Source: Candidatus Moraniibacteriota bacterium (GTDB taxonomy: Bacteria; Patescibacteriota; Minisyncoccia; Moranbacterales; UBA1568). From it: DNA of 64,000 bases. Every line of letters begins with the position of its first letter. The first letter of the stretch is position 1. The stretch is taken from the NCBI GenBank assembly GCA_016182385.1, contig JACPGV010000002.1, positions 189,190-253,189 on the forward strand, read 5' to 3'. Of the stretch, positions 24,966 to 37,479 are shown piece after piece. The notes under the pieces were generated by a model that saw only the letters and a program-made list of their open reading frames with translations, had not been told where the DNA came from and searched no databases. The position numbers and the translations under genes are program-made.

Positions 24966-26093
24966 ATGTTTGGTTTTGGAAAATCGTATTTTCTTGGTGT
25001 TGATTTTGGTACGGCTTCTATCAAGGCGGTAGAGTTGAGCGTGAAGGGGAATCGTCCGGTTTTGGAGAATTATGCTTACGTGAGTTTGGCTGACCTTGAA
25101 AAAGGTATTCCTTCGCAAAGTCGTTCGTATGACGAAGAAATCGTTCTTCACTTGAAGGCGCTTCTTGAGCAGATGAGACCAAAAAGTAAAACGGCTCGGG
25201 TGGCAATGCCTGCTTTTAGCGGACTGGTTTCTTTGGCGGAGTTTCCTCTCATGGATGAGGCGGAACTGCAGGAGGCGGTGCGTTTTGAGGCACATAAGTA
25301 TATTCCTTCCCCTCTTGATGAAGTGGCACTCAGTTGGGAAGTGGTCGGCACTCATGATGGTGGAAATGGAGAGAAAAAAATGGAAGTGCTTTTGGTTGCC
25401 GCCCTTAACAAGGAAGTGGTTCGGTATGAGGGATTTGTTCGTGCTGTTGATTTGAAACTTGATTTTTTGGAATTGGAGACATTTTCCATCGCACGTTCGA
25501 TTATTGGCAATACTTTCGGCTTATCGCTTCTTATTGATATCGGATCACGGGCAACCAACTTGGTGTTGATAGAAAATGGATTGGTGAAAGTCAGTCGTAA
25601 TTTGGATGTTGGCGGAAGAGACGTCACTCGTGTTTTGGCTGAAGGATTAAATATTACTCTCGAACGCGCCAAGATGATAAAAAAAGGAACAAAGGATTAT
25701 CTCAACGATAGAGAGTCATCGCTTGTCTTTCCATCTTTGCAGAGAATAGCGAGTGAGGCGGAGCGTATATTGACTACTTATCAAACAAAACATTCTGGTG
25801 TACAATGTAATCAAGTGGTACTCTCGGGTGGAACGGCGCATTTTGTTGGTTTGCTTGAGTATTATGAAAAGATATTGAAACTTCCTGTTGTGCTTGCGGC
25901 GCCGTGGAAAAATATCGAATATGATCCGAAGCTGGAAAAGAAAATACAGTCATTTGACACATCATTTTCTGTCGCCTTGGGATTGGCATTGAGTGGGGCG
26001 GAGAGTGTTTTGAAAAAAGAGAAAAACGAAGCAGTCGTAGCCGTGTCCGAGAAAGAAAATTCTTCTTTCAAAGGATTTTTTTCAAAAAAATAA
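24966..26093 (+). CDS. pilM: Type IV pilus assembly protein PilM (actin-like ATPase).
   Basis: N-terminal FLGVDFGTASIKAVEL actin-fold phosphate-1 motif. 375 aa. Followed by pilN/pilO-like genes. Confidence 0.8.
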   Translation: MFGFGKSYFLGVDFGTASIKAVELSVKGNRPVLENYAYVSLADLEKGIPSQSRSYDEEIVLHLKALLEQMRPKSKTARVAMPAFSGLVSLAEFPLMDEAELQEAVRFEAHKYIPSPLDEVALSWEVVGTHDGGNGEKKMEVLLVAALNKEVVRYEGFVRAVDLKLDFLELETFSIARSIIGNTFGLSLLIDIGSRATNLVLIENGLVKVSRNLDVGGRDVTRVLAEGLNITLERAKMIKKGTKDYLNDRESSLVFPSLQRIASEAERILTTYQTKHSGVQCNQVVLSGGTAHFVGLLEYYEKILKLPVVLAAPWKNIEYDPKLEKKIQSFDTSFSVALGLALSGAESVLKKEKNEAVVAVSEKENSSFKGFFSKK

Positions 26094-26111
26094 ATAATAA
26101 AATAAAAAACA

Positions 26112-26642
26112 ATGGCTGGGATCAATCTTTCTTCATCATCAGTCGGAGAAAAAAAAGTCAAACCTGTCGGTTCCTCGAATGGTTTTCTTGTTGGCGCGAT
26201 AATTCTTTTGGTGCTTCTTTTGGGTGGATGGGGGGGCACTTATGGGTATAAAAAAACCTTAGAAAAAAAACTGGCAACGTATGATGAGATTCTTGAGAAA
26301 AATAGTGTTTTTTTGCGTGGCGAAAAGGTAAATCGAGTAGCTGACTTCGATGCTCGTTTACGTTTGATGGGGGAACAAGCGCAGAAAGGAGAGCTTGTTG
26401 ATAGCCGTACTCTTCTCACGGCGCTTGAGGGACTCATTCTTCAGGAGGTTACATTGAGCAAGTACGAGTACAAGAGAGAAAACAAGTCGGTCACTCTGGA
26501 AGGAAAAACCGATAGTTTCAAGCAGGTAGCACGGCAAATCATTTCTTTGAAAACGGACGCGATGTTTTCCGAAGTGCGTGTATTGTCGCTCGGGTATGAT
26601 GATAACGGAAAAGTTATTTTTACCTTTCAAGCCAAATTTTAA
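26112..26642 (+). CDS. pilN: PilN-like pilus assembly protein (single TM).
   Basis: 176 aa. N-terminal TM FLVGAIILLVLLLGGW. Position after pilM. Confidence 0.55.
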   Translation: MAGINLSSSSVGEKKVKPVGSSNGFLVGAIILLVLLLGGWGGTYGYKKTLEKKLATYDEILEKNSVFLRGEKVNRVADFDARLRLMGEQAQKGELVDSRTLLTALEGLILQEVTLSKYEYKRENKSVTLEGKTDSFKQVARQIISLKTDAMFSEVRVLSLGYDDNGKVIFTFQAKF

Positions 26643-26658
26643 TTTTCTCAATATTATT

Positions 26659-27393
26659 ATGGGATTGAAAATACTTATTGTTCCTCTCCTTCTTGTTGTT
26701 ACGCTTTTCTTGGCTATTGTGAATGTGAAGCCGCTTGTGGAGGAGGTTTTCACAAAAAAAAGTGAAATCAAATTAAAGGAGGCACAGGTAACCAACATCG
26801 ATACTATTGTTTCTAATGTGGAAAAACTTGTTGACGTTCTTGATACGGAGCGTTCTACCGAGGATTTTTCTTATCGATACTTGCCGAAAAGTATCGACCA
26901 AGATCGAACGATTGATTCCTTTAATTATTTGGCTTCTCAATCCGGTCTTTTTATTTCCGCTATGGAACTTAAGGAGGTGCCGGAAGTTGTTCGTGAAGAG
27001 GTGTCGGTGGCTGGTAATGCTAATATTCCCAAGGGAGAAAAAGCCGCCTCAGTTAAAGCGTTTGTTTTTAAAGGGAGTGTTATTGGATCGTATGATAGCA
27101 TCAAGAGCTTTTATGATCGTTTGTCTCATACGGAGCGCTTCCAGAGACTACACTTTTTTTCTTTGGAAAGTAATGAGTCGGCGGAAAAACTTGGTCAAGG
27201 AAGCCTCGAAGGGATATTTGAAGTGGAATATGGGTATTTGCCAGCTCAGTCGGTTCTTTCCGCTCTCAATCTTCCAGTTTTTTCTCGATCAACGATTGAT
27301 CTTTTATCTTCGGAGAATATGATGAAGTGGATGACAAGCGCCGTGCCGCCACTGGAAAGAGGAGTGACGGGGAAACCAAGCCCTTTCCAATGA
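26659..27393 (+). CDS. PilO-like pilus assembly protein (single TM).
   Basis: In-frame ATG at 26659 (MGLKILIVPLLLVVTLFLAIV) just after the pilN stop. The ORF 26578 start overlaps pilN. Confidence 0.5.
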   Translation: MGLKILIVPLLLVVTLFLAIVNVKPLVEEVFTKKSEIKLKEAQVTNIDTIVSNVEKLVDVLDTERSTEDFSYRYLPKSIDQDRTIDSFNYLASQSGLFISAMELKEVPEVVREEVSVAGNANIPKGEKAASVKAFVFKGSVIGSYDSIKSFYDRLSHTERFQRLHFFSLESNESAEKLGQGSLEGIFEVEYGYLPAQSVLSALNLPVFSRSTIDLLSSENMMKWMTSAVPPLERGVTGKPSPFQ

Positions 27394-27421
27394 GATTTTT
27401 GGTGATGAAGGTATTTTTTCT

Positions 27422-29107
27422 TTGATGGGTATGCCAAAGGAAGTAGCACAAAAAAACAAAGGAACATTACAAAGAGCTGATGATATATCAGCTCTTTCGG
27501 CGCGTGCCAAAAGCCTTGGTATTTCTTTGCTTTCCGAAGCGCCAGCAGAAATAGACAAAACGCTTTTTTCTATTATTTCCGAGGATATGGCCAAGCGGTA
27601 TGGTATGGTGCCATTTCGTAGGGTGGATAACGTCTTGTCTATTGCGATGATAAATCCGCAAGATTTTGAAGCATTGAATGCTCTGAGATTTCTTGCCGAA
27701 AAGGAACGGTTAACTATTGATATTTATCTTGTTTCAGAAAAAGTTTTTTTGGATATAGTGAAGCATTATACGGGAACAGATACCGTTTTAAAAGAGGCTA
27801 TTTTTTCTTTGAAAAAAGATTCTGAAGAAGTTACTGAAGTAAAAGAAAAAAAGAGAAGCACGGAAACCGATATTTTTCAGGATGCGCCAATAGCAAAATT
27901 GGTGGAAGTGGTGATCAAACATGCTCTCGATGGACGAGCGAGTGATATTCATATCGAACCGATTGAAGAGAGTTTTCGAGTACGTTTTCGTGTAGATGGT
28001 ATTTTGCGTTCGCAGCTCGTATTTCCGCTTGAGGTGGGGAGGGCCGTTATCTCCCGTATAAAAATTCTTTCTAATTTGAAAATTGATGAAAAGCGTAAAC
28101 CGCAGGACGGGCGTTTCCGTTTTGAAATGGAAAGCGGAAAGTCAGTGGACTTGCGTGTTTCCAGTCTGCCGGTTATTGATGGTGAGAAAATCGTCATGCG
28201 TGTTTTGGACAAAACTTCGAATACTATTGATTTGGAAAAACTAGGATTGTGGGGGCATAATCGTGAAATTTTAGAGAGTCGTATCAGACAACCATTTGGT
28301 ATTATTCTTATTACCGGCCCGACCGGTTCGGGAAAATCAACGACACTGTATTCTTTTTTGCAAATTTTGAATAAAGAAGAACGTAATATTATTACGCTTG
28401 AAGACCCGGTGGAATATTATGTGGAAGGTGTCAATCAAAGTCAGGTAAAACCGGAGATAGGGTATACATTCGCCAGTGGTTTGCGGTCTATTTTGCGTCA
28501 AGATCCGAACGTTATTATGGTAGGAGAGATTCGTGATAGTGAGACAGCCGAACTCGCCATTCACGCGGCGCTCACGGGGCATCTTGTGCTTTCCACGCTC
28601 CATACTAATAGCGCTATTGGGGCTATTCCGCGCTTGATTGATATGAACGTAGAGCCCTTTCTTTTGGCGTCGTCTTTTCAGGCAGTGGCGGCACAGCGTT
28701 TGGTTCGTTGTATTTGTGAAAACTGTCGGGAAGAATTCGTTTTGACTGAAGGGCAGCAATCATCTATTCGTGGGCTCTTTGAAAGTATTCCCGATCAAGA
28801 GAAAAAGGCATACAATTTGTCATCTTCGCAACCGATGAAATTTTATCAAGGAAAGGGCTGTGAAAAGTGTGGTCAATCTGGATTTCGTGGACGCATCGCT
28901 CTTTATGAAGCATTGGAAATCAGCGAAGAAATTCGCGCTATTATTACTGATAAACGAGGAAATGAAGTGGAAGTAAAAGAAGCGGCTTTGCGCCAAGGAA
29001 TGATGAGCATGAAGCAAGACGGTATTCTCAAAGCGCTTAAGGGTATTACGACTCTTTCTGAGATTGAACGTGTAACGGAAGGAAAGGTTCTTACTGATGA
29101 AGGATAG
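27422..29107 (+). CDS. pilB: Type IV pilus assembly ATPase PilB (GspE family).
   Basis: Walker A GPTGSGKSTT, Asp and His boxes, C-terminal tetracysteine CENC...CEKC. 561 aa. Confidence 0.9.
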   Translation: MMGMPKEVAQKNKGTLQRADDISALSARAKSLGISLLSEAPAEIDKTLFSIISEDMAKRYGMVPFRRVDNVLSIAMINPQDFEALNALRFLAEKERLTIDIYLVSEKVFLDIVKHYTGTDTVLKEAIFSLKKDSEEVTEVKEKKRSTETDIFQDAPIAKLVEVVIKHALDGRASDIHIEPIEESFRVRFRVDGILRSQLVFPLEVGRAVISRIKILSNLKIDEKRKPQDGRFRFEMESGKSVDLRVSSLPVIDGEKIVMRVLDKTSNTIDLEKLGLWGHNREILESRIRQPFGIILITGPTGSGKSTTLYSFLQILNKEERNIITLEDPVEYYVEGVNQSQVKPEIGYTFASGLRSILRQDPNVIMVGEIRDSETAELAIHAALTGHLVLSTLHTNSAIGAIPRLIDMNVEPFLLASSFQAVAAQRLVRCICENCREEFVLTEGQQSSIRGLFESIPDQEKKAYNLSSSQPMKFYQGKGCEKCGQSGFRGRIALYEALEISEEIRAIITDKRGNEVEVKEAALRQGMMSMKQDGILKALKGITTLSEIERVTEGKVLTDEG

Positions 29108-29158
29108 GATTTTTGTGATATACTGATAACAAAGAGCATCATATAAAATACAAAAAAA

Positions 29159-30238
29159 ATGGAGGTACTGCACGCTGAACAACGTTTAAAAAATCTTCTT
29201 CTTTTGGTCGGGCAACAAGGTGCCTCCGATCTTCATTTGGTGGTGGGGAGGTATCCGACGCTTCGTATTGATGGAAAACTACATCCTATTACTCAGGAGA
29301 AACTTTTGACACCGGCAGACACAAAGGCGCTTTCTGACGCGCTTCTTACGGAAGATAAGAAGCAGGAGCTCATAGCTGTTGGTCATGCCGATTTTTCTTA
29401 TAACTTTGAAGATCGAGTTCGTTTTCGTACCAATGTTTTTTTTCAGAAAGGATATGTCAGTGTCACGATGCGTTTCGTAATGGATCGTTTGCGTAATTTG
29501 GATGAACTCTCTATTCCCAACTCGCTGTACGGGTTTGCTAATTATTCTCAAGGATTGGTGCTTATTACCGGTCCCGTTGGTCATGGAAAGTCGACGACGC
29601 TTGCGGCAATTATTGATTACATCAATCATAATTTGGAAAAACACATTATTACTATTGAGGATCCGATTGAGTTTATTTATAATCAAGATCGTTGTATTAT
29701 CAATCAACGTGAGATTGGTCGTGATGCCAAGAATTTTCCTGACGCGCTTCGGGCGGTGTTTCGCGAAGATGCAAACGTTGTACTTCTGGGAGAGCTTCGC
29801 GATTTGGAAACGATTAGTACCGCTATGACGGCCGCCGAGACAGGACATCTTATTTTTGCCACACTCCATACCAACGATAGCGCTCAAACTATTGACCGTA
29901 TTATTGATGTTTTTCCGGCACACCAGCAAAATCAGATTCGTTCACAATTGGCGAGCGTTCTTTTGGGGGTTATTTCACAACGTTTACTTCCGAAGACTGG
30001 TGGTGGACGAGTACCAGCGGTGGAGATTATGTTTAAGAATCATGCAGTGGAGAATCTTATTCGTGAAAATAAGATTCATCAGCTTGATTCTGTTATTGAG
30101 ACCGGCATGAAAGAGGGGATGATTTCTCTGGATAGATCACTGGTTGATTTGGTTCGTAGAGGACAAATTTCCGTCAATGATGCTTTTGTATACGCGAAAA
30201 ATCGTGATTATTTGCAAATGCTCATGAGTAAGACTTAA
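29159..30238 (+). CDS. pilT: Twitching motility / pilus retraction ATPase PilT.
   Basis: Walker A GPVGHGKSTT, 359 aa, PilT signature region AIRENLIREN-like (AVENLIRENKIHQ). Confidence 0.9.
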   Translation: MEVLHAEQRLKNLLLLVGQQGASDLHLVVGRYPTLRIDGKLHPITQEKLLTPADTKALSDALLTEDKKQELIAVGHADFSYNFEDRVRFRTNVFFQKGYVSVTMRFVMDRLRNLDELSIPNSLYGFANYSQGLVLITGPVGHGKSTTLAAIIDYINHNLEKHIITIEDPIEFIYNQDRCIINQREIGRDAKNFPDALRAVFREDANVVLLGELRDLETISTAMTAAETGHLIFATLHTNDSAQTIDRIIDVFPAHQQNQIRSQLASVLLGVISQRLLPKTGGGRVPAVEIMFKNHAVENLIRENKIHQLDSVIETGMKEGMISLDRSLVDLVRRGQISVNDAFVYAKNRDYLQMLMSKT

Positions 30239-30264
30239 AAGGGGATTTGAAAGAGAAGTAATAT

Positions 30265-31488
30265 TTGATTGGAAGAAGTATGAAATTTTTATTTAAAGCG
30301 AAAAATAATGCTGGTCAAGAACAGGAAGGCTTGGTGGAAGCGCTTCATTGGGAGGCGGCGGTACAGATCCTTGAGCGAAATGGTTTGACTCCCATTACCG
30401 TAAAAGAGCAACGAAATGAAAATGCTCTTGTTCGAGAGCTTCAAAGAATTTTTGAAGGTGTTGGTCAGAAGGATCTCATGATATTTTTTCATCAATTGGC
30501 GATTCTTATCGAAGCGCGTATGCCTATCGTGACGTCGCTTCGTACTATTGCCGATGATACGGAAAACAAGTATTTAGGTCTTGTTATAAGAGAAATGTCT
30601 GATGATATAGAAGACGGTATGCCGTTTTCCGAAGCTATCGAAAAACATTCGAACGTTTTTTCCTCTCTCACAATTAGCATGATTCGTGCCGGTGAAATAT
30701 CAGGCGGTTTACAGAAATCAATCGGTTTTGTGGCGGAAAGTATCGAGAAAAATTATCAGTTAACGAGCAAGATCAAAGGGGCGCTTTACTATCCTGTTTT
30801 TGTTTTGACCATCGCTTCCATTGTTGGATTTTTGGTGGTTACTTTTATTTTGCCAAAAATTACAGTCATTATCAAAGACATGAATATTCCTATTCCCTGG
30901 TATACGAAAGGACTTATTTTTTTGGGAGATTTTATGAGTGTGTATTGGTGGGCGGTGCTTCTCGTGTTTTTTTCCTTTTTTGGACTTATTATTTATTATT
31001 TTCGTACTGAAGAAGGGCGTCAGGAGTGGGAGATTATAGTATTGAAAATTCCTGTTCTTGGTGGTTTGGCGCGAAGTATTTACATCACTCGTTTTGCAGA
31101 GAATTTAAGTACGCTTTTGATAAGTGGGATTCCGGTAGTACGAGCGCTTACCATAGTGAGTGATGTTATCAACAATCATATTTTTCGCAAGATTATTTTG
31201 CGCGCGGCTGAAGAGGTAAAGTCAGGTGGTGTAATGAGCGCTGTGTTTTTGCGCGCGAATGAAATGCCGCCGATTGTTTCTCAAATTGTTCGTATCGGTG
31301 AAGAAACGGGAACACTTTCGGAGGTTTTGAAAAGTGTAGCGCGTTTTTATAATCAAGAAGTAGAAACAACGACAAAAAACTTGACGACACTTTTGGAACC
31401 AGCTCTTATTGTTCTCTTGGGTATTGGCGTGGCGATTTTGGTTGTGGGGATACTCATGCCTATTTACAATATTGCCGGGCAATTGTAA
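30265..31488 (+). CDS. pilC: Type IV pilus platform protein PilC (GspF family).
   Basis: 407 aa, two GspF repeats, three TM regions. Confidence 0.85.
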   Translation: MIGRSMKFLFKAKNNAGQEQEGLVEALHWEAAVQILERNGLTPITVKEQRNENALVRELQRIFEGVGQKDLMIFFHQLAILIEARMPIVTSLRTIADDTENKYLGLVIREMSDDIEDGMPFSEAIEKHSNVFSSLTISMIRAGEISGGLQKSIGFVAESIEKNYQLTSKIKGALYYPVFVLTIASIVGFLVVTFILPKITVIIKDMNIPIPWYTKGLIFLGDFMSVYWWAVLLVFFSFFGLIIYYFRTEEGRQEWEIIVLKIPVLGGLARSIYITRFAENLSTLLISGIPVVRALTIVSDVINNHIFRKIILRAAEEVKSGGVMSAVFLRANEMPPIVSQIVRIGEETGTLSEVLKSVARFYNQEVETTTKNLTTLLEPALIVLLGIGVAILVVGILMPIYNIAGQL

Positions 31489-31564
31489 AATAAAGATGTG
31501 TTTTGGATGTTTTCCAAGATGCACGGAAAGAAATAAAAATAAAAACAGAAAGGAGGTGAGAAGT

Positions 31565-31957
31565 ATGAAAAAAACTCTTCAGGGATTTACTCTCATCGAA
31601 CTTTTGATCGTTATTGCGATCATTGGTATTTTGGCCTCTATCGTGTTAGTGAGCTTAAACAGTGCCCGTACGCGCGCTAACTATGCCGCGTTCAAGGCGA
31701 GTATGCAATCGACAGCCCCAGCCGCTCTCACCTGTCGTGATGCAGGGGGAACAGTAACCGCCGGTGCGGCAGCAGCAGAAATTTGTTCTATTGCTGGATA
31801 TGGTACATGGCCGACATTGCCAACTGGTTGTACTAACGCTGGAAACTACACAGTAGCTAACGGTGGTGCGGATACATGGACTGTTGGTAATACTTGTATT
31901 ACTGGTTCTTGTACAGCATCTTGTTCAGCTACCGGTTGTACATGGACTGGATGTTAG
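31565..31957 (+). CDS. Type IV major pilin (prepilin with class III signal [10 protein letters not shown]).
   Basis: Strong SD AAGGAGGTGA 8 nt upstream of ATG at 31565. N-terminal [24 protein letters not shown]. Cys/Thr/Gly-rich C-terminus. Confidence 0.8.
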   Translation: MKKTLQGFTLIELLIVIAIIGILASIVLVSLNSARTRANYAAFKASMQSTAPAALTCRDAGGTVTAGAAAAEICSIAGYGTWPTLPTGCTNAGNYTVANGGADTWTVGNTCITGSCTASCSATGCTWTGC

Positions 31958-32012
31958 AGACAAAGTTGCAGATTTCTTTTCCTGCCGATTTTTATCGGCG
32001 GGAAGTTGAAGT

Positions 32013-32444
32013 GTGAAACAGATGAACTATAAAAAAAATTATCTCTCATTAAAGAGGCGTGGATTTACTTTAATTGAGCTCCTTATCGTTATTGCTATCA
32101 TTGGTATTCTGGTTTCGGTAGTAATGGTGAGTTTGAGTTCGGCACGTACAAGGGCCCGGGATGGGTCTTTTAAGATGACCGCACGAAGTATTTTTGGTGC
32201 GTCAACAATTTGCTGTGATCAGTATACGGGAAGCCTTAATGTTACTTTGAGTGCCGATGTTTGTACGCCGGCAGTGGAGAGTCTTTATCCTGATGCTACC
32301 AAAATAGGAACGGTTACCATTGATCAGGATTGTGCCGGTGACGGGTCATTTCAAATGACGATAACACCAGGAACGGAAAATACTGGTAATTGTACTGATG
32401 CCGTATTAAATCAAAATGGTGTTGTTAGCTTTGGTGGTTGTTAG
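32013..32444 (+). CDS. Type IV pilin (second paralog).
   Basis: Prepilin leader [20 protein letters not shown]. Confidence 0.75.
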   Translation: MKQMNYKKNYLSLKRRGFTLIELLIVIAIIGILVSVVMVSLSSARTRARDGSFKMTARSIFGASTICCDQYTGSLNVTLSADVCTPAVESLYPDATKIGTVTIDQDCAGDGSFQMTITPGTENTGNCTDAVLNQNGVVSFGGC

Positions 32445-33268
32445 ACAAAAAAACACTTGATATGATTCTTTCTTTTTCTTTTTTCTTGCTCGGTATTATT
32501 ATTGGGAGTTTTTTGAACGTGCTCGTATGTCGTCTCCACGAAGAAGAAACGCTTTTGGGACGATCATTTTGTCGAGTATGTAAACATCAGATACGTTGGT
32601 ATGATAATATTCCGCTGGTAAGTTTTATTTTTTTGAAAGGAAAATGTCGAGATTGTAAAGGAGGAATCTCTTGGCAATATCCGATACTTGAGTTTTTTAG
32701 TGGCGTTTTTTTTCTTTTAGTAGGGAAGTATTTTTTTTCTTTTGAAGAGAATTTTTCGTGGGGAGAAACTTCCTGGCTTCTTTTTGTCGGGAGCATTTTT
32801 CTTGTTATTGCGGCATATGATATGCGTCATATGGAGATTCCTCTCGTTCTTCTTCTCATTGCTTTTATTGCTACCGGAATCTTTTTGATTTTTTGTTTAT
32901 TGTTTACCACCGAATCATTTTTTGTTTCTCGTCTTTGGCAGAGTTTGTTGGGCGGGACAATAGTAGCTTCTTTTTTCTTTTTTCTTGTTTTTGTATCACG
33001 GGAAACGTGGATGGGCTGGGGGGATGTTTGGTTGGGCATGGTAGGGGGCATGGTGGTTGGCTTGCCATTGGCGCTTCCGATGCTCACGCTCTCTTTCGGT
33101 TCTGGCGCCCTGGTTGGTATTTTTGCTCTGTTGTATAAAAAGAAAGATTTACGCAGTCAGATACCTTTTGCCCCCTTTCTTGTTTTTGGTATTTTGTCTG
33201 TTCTTTTTTTGGCGCGCGCGTTCCCTTTCTTCTTTGATTTCTTCTTCCCGTATTTTTTGGTAGAATAA
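32438..33268 (+). CDS. pilD: Prepilin peptidase PilD (A24 family).
   Basis: N-terminal tetracysteine CRLH...CRVC...CRDC zinc motif. Multiple TM helices. 276 aa. Confidence 0.8.
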   Translation: MLDKKTLDMILSFSFFLLGIIIGSFLNVLVCRLHEEETLLGRSFCRVCKHQIRWYDNIPLVSFIFLKGKCRDCKGGISWQYPILEFFSGVFFLLVGKYFFSFEENFSWGETSWLLFVGSIFLVIAAYDMRHMEIPLVLLLIAFIATGIFLIFCLLFTTESFFVSRLWQSLLGGTIVASFFFFLVFVSRETWMGWGDVWLGMVGGMVVGLPLALPMLTLSFGSGALVGIFALLYKKKDLRSQIPFAPFLVFGILSVLFLARAFPFFFDFFFPYFLVE

Positions 33269-33289
33269 AGAGAGAGTATACAATACTTT

Positions 33290-33841
33290 ATGATGTTTTC
33301 GAAAACAAAAAAAGGCGTAACAATGGTAGAAATTATGATTGTTGTTGCTATCATCAGTATCGTAACGACGATTTCCATTTCTCTTCTTGGCAATGGCCGT
33401 ACATTGAGAGAGCTTGAAACAAATGCTCGTGAATTTGCCGGTGTTGTGCGAGAAGCACAAAATTATGCTTTGACCGGGAAAGCGGTCACGGGAAGCGGCA
33501 TCCCCGCAACGGCTGTGCCATGTTTTTATGTTCTGAGCTGGTCTGGTAGCACGTATACGCTGACACATGTTTATAAAAATAGTGTGAGCGTGCCTTGTGA
33601 TATTGGCGGTCCATCCGCTTCGGTAGGAGTGTACACTCTCAAAAATGGCGTAACGTTTAACAGTGCCAGCTCTTTTTATTTTTCCTTACCGCACGCAAAG
33701 TTGTCTTTTAATAGTGGGAGCGTGGCAGCCCCTTTGGGAAAAGGAGGATTTTCTCACACGGTGTGCGTGTATGCTACCGATTCGGCAAGTGTTTTGGTAA
33801 ATGATTACCCCAGTACAGCGGTGTGTCCGGTGACACCGTAA
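33290..33841 (+). CDS. Minor pilin / pseudopilin with prepilin-type N-terminal domain.
   Basis: N-terminal KKG-VTMVEIMIVVAIISIV. Confidence 0.55.
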   Translation: MMFSKTKKGVTMVEIMIVVAIISIVTTISISLLGNGRTLRELETNAREFAGVVREAQNYALTGKAVTGSGIPATAVPCFYVLSWSGSTYTLTHVYKNSVSVPCDIGGPSASVGVYTLKNGVTFNSASSFYFSLPHAKLSFNSGSVAAPLGKGGFSHTVCVYATDSASVLVNDYPSTAVCPVTP

Positions 33842-33848
33842 ACGTATT

Positions 33849-34400
33849 ATGAAAATGCAAAAATATATTCAGAAAGGTTTTTCTTTAGGCGAGGTACTTC
33901 TCTCCGGTTTTGTGTTGACGACTGGTTTGGTGGCGGTTGCCGCACTTATTTCGAGTAGTATGCAGGAATCTTTTCGGAGTCGGGATGTTATTGCTGCCAC
34001 GCAGTTGTCTCAGGAAGGAGTGGAACTTGTGCGAAACGTGCGGGACAATAATTTTGCTTCCGGAGGAAATGGTTTTGGAGTTGGTTTTAGCACAAATCAT
34101 CACTGTCGGGTTGATTATAGTCCGACAGCTTTTAGTTGTGGTAATCAAGACCCGACCAACAATAGTTCTCGGTATACGTTGCAATATGTAAGCGGATTTT
34201 ATCGTCATAATAATACTTCGGGTGAGAAATTCTCTCGTTACATTTACGTTGACTTTAATGGGAGTGATGCCGCTACAGTGAAAAGTTTTGTGTATTGGGG
34301 AAGCGCGTCGCCTTCGGGTATCGATAGTGGTACCACGACGAATTGCGTTACTTCCAATAAATGCGTATACACGGAAGTATCTTTGACTTCTTGGCTATAA
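33849..34400 (+). CDS. Pseudopilin (prepilin-type N-terminal methylation domain).
   Basis: N-terminal QKG-FSLGEVLLSGFVLTTGL. Confidence 0.55.
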   Translation: MKMQKYIQKGFSLGEVLLSGFVLTTGLVAVAALISSSMQESFRSRDVIAATQLSQEGVELVRNVRDNNFASGGNGFGVGFSTNHHCRVDYSPTAFSCGNQDPTNNSSRYTLQYVSGFYRHNNTSGEKFSRYIYVDFNGSDAATVKSFVYWGSASPSGIDSGTTTNCVTSNKCVYTEVSLTSWL

Positions 34401-34407
34401 GATTTTT

Positions 34408-34947
34408 ATGAAAATGAAAAAAGGTTTTACATTGGTGGAGGTAACGGTGGCGCTGGCTGTTTTTACTATTCTTATGTCGGCGGTTGCTGGTATTTTTTCT
34501 TCAGCCTTTTCCGGTTATCGTTTTGCGCGTGGCACACAGAAAGATCTTGAAGCGGCGCAATTTGCCATAAATACGCTTGCCAAGGAATTGCGTACCAGCA
34601 CTATTGTTGCTAGTAGCGCCAGTCACGTGAAATTCTTTGATTATTCACGAGGGAAATGCGTGCGGTACGAATTTGTTGGCAGTGGTTTGTATACCAGGCA
34701 GATGACATCGCCTGATGTTACCACTTGCGCGGCTACGGGTATTCCTTCGGCATCGACGATGGTTGTGACGACAGGTACCGTATCGGGGAGTTTCTCTGTA
34801 GTGATGTCGACACAATCCCCGAAAGGTATTGGAAAGGTGACTGTCTCTATGGATATTTGTGATCATGATTGTGGTAATCCGACGGCTCATCACGCTCGTA
34901 TTCAGAGCACTTCTTCATTGCGTGATTACGAATATGTCGGTTTGTAG
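34408..34947 (+). CDS. Pseudopilin (prepilin-type N-terminal methylation domain).
   Basis: N-terminal KKG-FTLVEVTVALAVFTIL. Confidence 0.55.
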   Translation: MKMKKGFTLVEVTVALAVFTILMSAVAGIFSSAFSGYRFARGTQKDLEAAQFAINTLAKELRTSTIVASSASHVKFFDYSRGKCVRYEFVGSGLYTRQMTSPDVTTCAATGIPSASTMVVTTGTVSGSFSVVMSTQSPKGIGKVTVSMDICDHDCGNPTAHHARIQSTSSLRDYEYVGL

Positions 34948-35031
34948 GGGAAGAAAAAATTATTGAGGTTTTTGTGAAATTTGTTGCTAAAACAAATTTC
35001 TTTTATTGTAGGAAAACATGCGGTATAATAG

Positions 35032-37188
<2,157 letters not shown>

Positions 37189-37191
37189 AGT

Positions 37192-37479
37192 ATGCTTTCT
37201 CAAGATGAGGTAAAACATATTGCTTTGCTTGCTCGTGTCGGCGTAAGGGATGAAGAAGTCGAGAAATATCAAAAGGATCTTTCGGCGGTTTTGGATTTTT
37301 TTCGAGAACTTGAAGAGCTTGATACGGAGAATGTCGCGCTGATTGACCACAGCGCTGAAGCAACGAACGTTGCTCGCACGGACATGATGGCAAACGATAC
37401 AAAGGTTACGAAAGAGGCTCTTCTTTCCAATGTTCCGGAGACACGAAATGGTTTTGTGAAGGTAAAGTCTGTTTTTTGA
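37192..37479 (+). CDS. gatC: Glu/Asp-tRNA amidotransferase subunit C.
   Basis: 95 aa. GatC-like VKHIALLARVGV...E. Immediately precedes gatA. Confidence 0.8.
   Translation: MLSQDEVKHIALLARVGVRDEEVEKYQKDLSAVLDFFRELEELDTENVALIDHSAEATNVARTDMMANDTKVTKEALLSNVPETRNGFVKVKSVF

Noticed and set aside
31409-31564. Upstream extension of the major pilin ORF (start 31409).
   Set aside because: The prepilin leader must be short. ATG at 31565 is preceded by AAGGAGGTGA, and the upstream extension overlaps the pilC end.
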